Part shown: positions 16,962 to 18,227 of the stretch, piece by piece
Layout of the letters: each line of letters begins with the position of its first letter
How positions within the stretch are numbered: position 1 is the first letter of the stretch
Virus genome (UHGV): UHGV-1376485
Origin: a virus
Direction: 5' to 3' (one strand)
DNA length: 18,227 nucleotides
The notes under the pieces: model-generated
The model's input: the letters and a program-made list of their open reading frames with translations, nothing else
The model's database searches: none
Told to the model about the DNA's origin: nothing
Made by a program: the position numbers and the translations under genes

Positions 16962-16998
16962 AATAAAAAAGGGGACAAAGCCCCTTTATTTTATTTTT
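16962..16998. terminator. Intrinsic terminator with a GC-rich hairpin (ggggacaaagcccc) flanked by an A-run and a T-run. It is functional for the leftward early transcript (U-run after the hairpin on the minus strand) and potentially bidirectional.
   Basis: A7 at 16964-16970, stem 16971-16974/16981-16984 with loop acaaag, then tttattttattttt at 16985-16998. It lies in a 116-nt non-coding gap between the early genes. Confidence 0.7.
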
Positions 16999-17072
16999 CT
17001 AAAATGGTAAGTCATCATCACTTATATCAATTGGACCATTAGCATGAGCGAACGGGTTACGTCGCTCGTTAT

Positions 17073-17465
17073 CTACTTTTTTTCAGTTTGTTCCTCTTGT
17101 TTAGCTTTCTCGCTAGGTACTAAATTAATACCATGTGAAACACGATTATATTTCTTAGATTCAAATTCATAAATTTCAAAATCGAATAAACGGTCATTAA
17201 TGGCTTCAACCATTTCATCATCTTTTCTCATGTCCTCAATCATTTCTGTTAAGTGATTAGGTAGGTTAACAATGTAATCACCACTAATGATGACACCTTG
17301 GTCACCAAATTTACCTTTAGTATTAATAAATAGTGCTTCAATAGGGTATGTTTTTGACATATCCAATTCACCTAGTTTGATGTAATCTCTTTCTTTTTCA
17401 TTGTCATACTCGAATTTTGCGCCACCGTTTGAATATTTATTTAATAATTCTTTTACATTTGCCAT
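17073..17465 (-). CDS. 130-aa early protein with a very acidic/lysine-rich C-terminal tail. It is possibly the ssDNA-binding protein of the protein-primed replication module. This is a size and position guess, since phi29 p5 is 124 aa.
   Basis: RBS aaaggaga upstream of the ATG. No motif-level support. Confidence 0.45.
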   Translation of the reverse strand: MANVKELLNKYSNGGAKFEYDNEKERDYIKLGELDMSKTYPIEALFINTKGKFGDQGVIISGDYIVNLPNHLTEMIEDMRKDDEMVEAINDRLFDFEIYEFESKKYNRVSHGINLVPSEKAKQEEQTEKK

Positions 17466-17479
17466 TGTTAATTTCTCCT

Positions 17480-17695
17480 TTATACTTGTATTTGTAATAA
17501 TTCATCATATGAAACTGTAATCATTTTTGAAGTTCTTTTACTGTCTAATAATGTATGACCTTCTGGAATATGTTGTAATATTTCACGTTTAGTAATTCTA
17601 TAATCTTGTTTAGGAATAAAAAAGTCATACTCTTCATGTCTATCATTTTTAGCATAGACTGTAAAACCTTTGATTTCAACGTCAATGTAGTTCAT
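17480..17695 (-). CDS. Small early protein of unknown function, 71 aa.
   Basis: RBS gaggtg 5 nt upstream of the ATG. Confidence 0.5.
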   Translation of the reverse strand: MNYIDVEIKGFTVYAKNDRHEEYDFFIPKQDYRITKREILQHIPEGHTLLDSKRTSKMITVSYDELLQIQV

Positions 17696-17742
17696 ATGTT
17701 CACCTCACATTATATTTTTAGAATATAGTATTAAATCTTATT

Positions 17743-18015
17743 TTAAAAAATATGAACGTTGTAATTATAATAAAACCCTTTATAAAACTGCCATTGATCT
17801 AATCCATTATCACCTGCTAAATAGCTTAGTAGTGATTTATCTTCATTTTCATCATTAATAAATTGAATGACTGGTTCATTATAGTTGATCAGTAATTGTT
17901 GACTTGCAACTAATAAATTATTTGCATTTTCTGATGTATAAAAATCATTCCATTGTTGAAGTAAATTAAATAGTTGCAACATTTCCGTATATGCTTGTCC
18001 TTTTTCAGGTGTCAC
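17743..18015 (-). CDS. First early gene, a 90-aa acidic protein of unknown function with a GTG start.
   Basis: GTG at 18015 with a strong RBS ggaggtg 7 nt upstream. It lies immediately downstream of the right-end early promoter. Confidence 0.5.
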   Translation of the reverse strand: MTPEKGQAYTEMLQLFNLLQQWNDFYTSENANNLLVASQQLLINYNEPVIQFINDENEDKSLLSYLAGDNGLDQWQFYKGFYYNYNVHIF

Positions 18016-18046
18016 TTTTTTTCACCTCCATTTCTAACTTGATTAC

Positions 18047-18075
18047 ATTATATAATAAGCGTGAATTTTTTGCAA
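18047..18075 (-). promoter_or_regulatory. Strong sigma-A-type early promoter reading leftward from the right end: TTGCAA (-35, 18070-18075), a 17-bp spacer, and TATAAT (-10, 18047-18052).
   Basis: The reverse complement reads ctaTTGCAAaaaattcacgcttattaTATAATgtaatc. It is ~30 nt upstream of the RBS/GTG of the first early gene and lies in the degenerate extension of the terminal repeat. Confidence 0.7.
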
Positions 18076-18108
18076 TAGTTTTGACGATATTTTTTGAAAA
18101 AGTTTTAC

Positions 18109-18227
18109 ATCAATAATCCATTACATATTTTTAAATGTATTTTTGTTGACCTTTCACTTAAAATTTTTGTCGCTACGTGCTCAAATTCTGTTCTCGTTTC
18201 TGGGTGGGGGTGGGGTGAAGTATCAAA
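18109..18227. repeat. Right terminal inverted repeat (ITR), 119 bp.
   Basis: Exact reverse complement of 1..119. The G-rich tract GGGTGGGGGTGGGGTG at 18202..18217 mirrors the left C-rich tract. Confidence 0.95.

Noticed and set aside
17696-17742. TATAAT at rc 17711-17716 as an internal early promoter for the 71-aa gene
   Set aside because: The hexamer abuts the gene's RBS, so a transcript started 7 nt downstream would begin inside the SD. It is more likely a chance match in AT-rich DNA, and the gene is probably co-transcribed from the right-end promoter.
18138-18160. TTGACC hexamer inside the ITR (18146-18151, and its mirror near position 77-82) as a -35 of an outward- or inward-facing terminal promoter
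   Set aside because: No acceptable -10 lies at 16-19 bp spacing on either strand. The better-supported end promoters lie just inside the ITRs (156-167 and 18047-18075).
1-18227. tRNA genes, CRISPR arrays, integrase/attachment sites, toxin-antitoxin or defence islands
   Set aside because: None was seen. The coding density is near 95% and all non-coding gaps are accounted for by promoters and terminators. The element is a strictly lytic, minimal podovirus genome.

Overview
The window appears to be a complete ~18.2-kb linear genome of a phi29-like, protein-primed podovirus, not a chromosomal segment. It is bounded by a perfect 119-bp terminal inverted repeat: 1..119 is the reverse complement of 18109..18227. 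Very low GC, staphylococcal-type RBSs (GGAGG/GAGGTG), and an endolysin whose C-terminal SH3b domain closely resembles the lysostaphin cell-wall-targeting domain all point to a Staphylococcus host. From memory, the size and layout match the 44AHJD/P68 (Rosenblumvirus) group, and P68 is reported as 18,227 bp, but no search was run to confirm this. Genes are arranged in two inward-facing arms. The rightward late arm (220..10976, + strand) encodes a scaffold-like acidic protein, major capsid protein, connector, lower collar, beta-helix fibre, amidase_2+SH3b endolysin, coiled-coil fibre, tail knob (clear phi29 gp9 homology), a holin-like 3-TM protein, and a lysozyme-like+CHAP tail lysin. The leftward early arm (18015..11089, - strand) encodes five small proteins, a 414-aa SGNH-hydrolase fusion, a 167-aa basic protein, a phi29 gp16-like packaging ATPase, and a family-B protein-primed DNA polymerase with all exonuclease and polymerase motifs. 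The arms converge on a bidirectional intrinsic terminator at ~11072..11107 that contains the polymerase stop codon. Regulatory signals are unusually legible. The Gram-positive extended -10 motif TTATGnTATAAT recurs four times, each fused to a hairpin terminator. A strong TTGCAA-17-TATAAT early promoter lies just inside the right ITR. No tRNA, CRISPR array or integrase was seen. Points worth a second look are the long ITR with a C-rich terminal tract, the absence of a recognisable terminal-protein gene, a promoter-plus-terminator-bounded ~110-nt noncoding unit between the convergent operons (candidate sRNA, possibly a pRNA analogue), the SGNH hydrolase encoded among early genes, and a membrane-anchored early protein.
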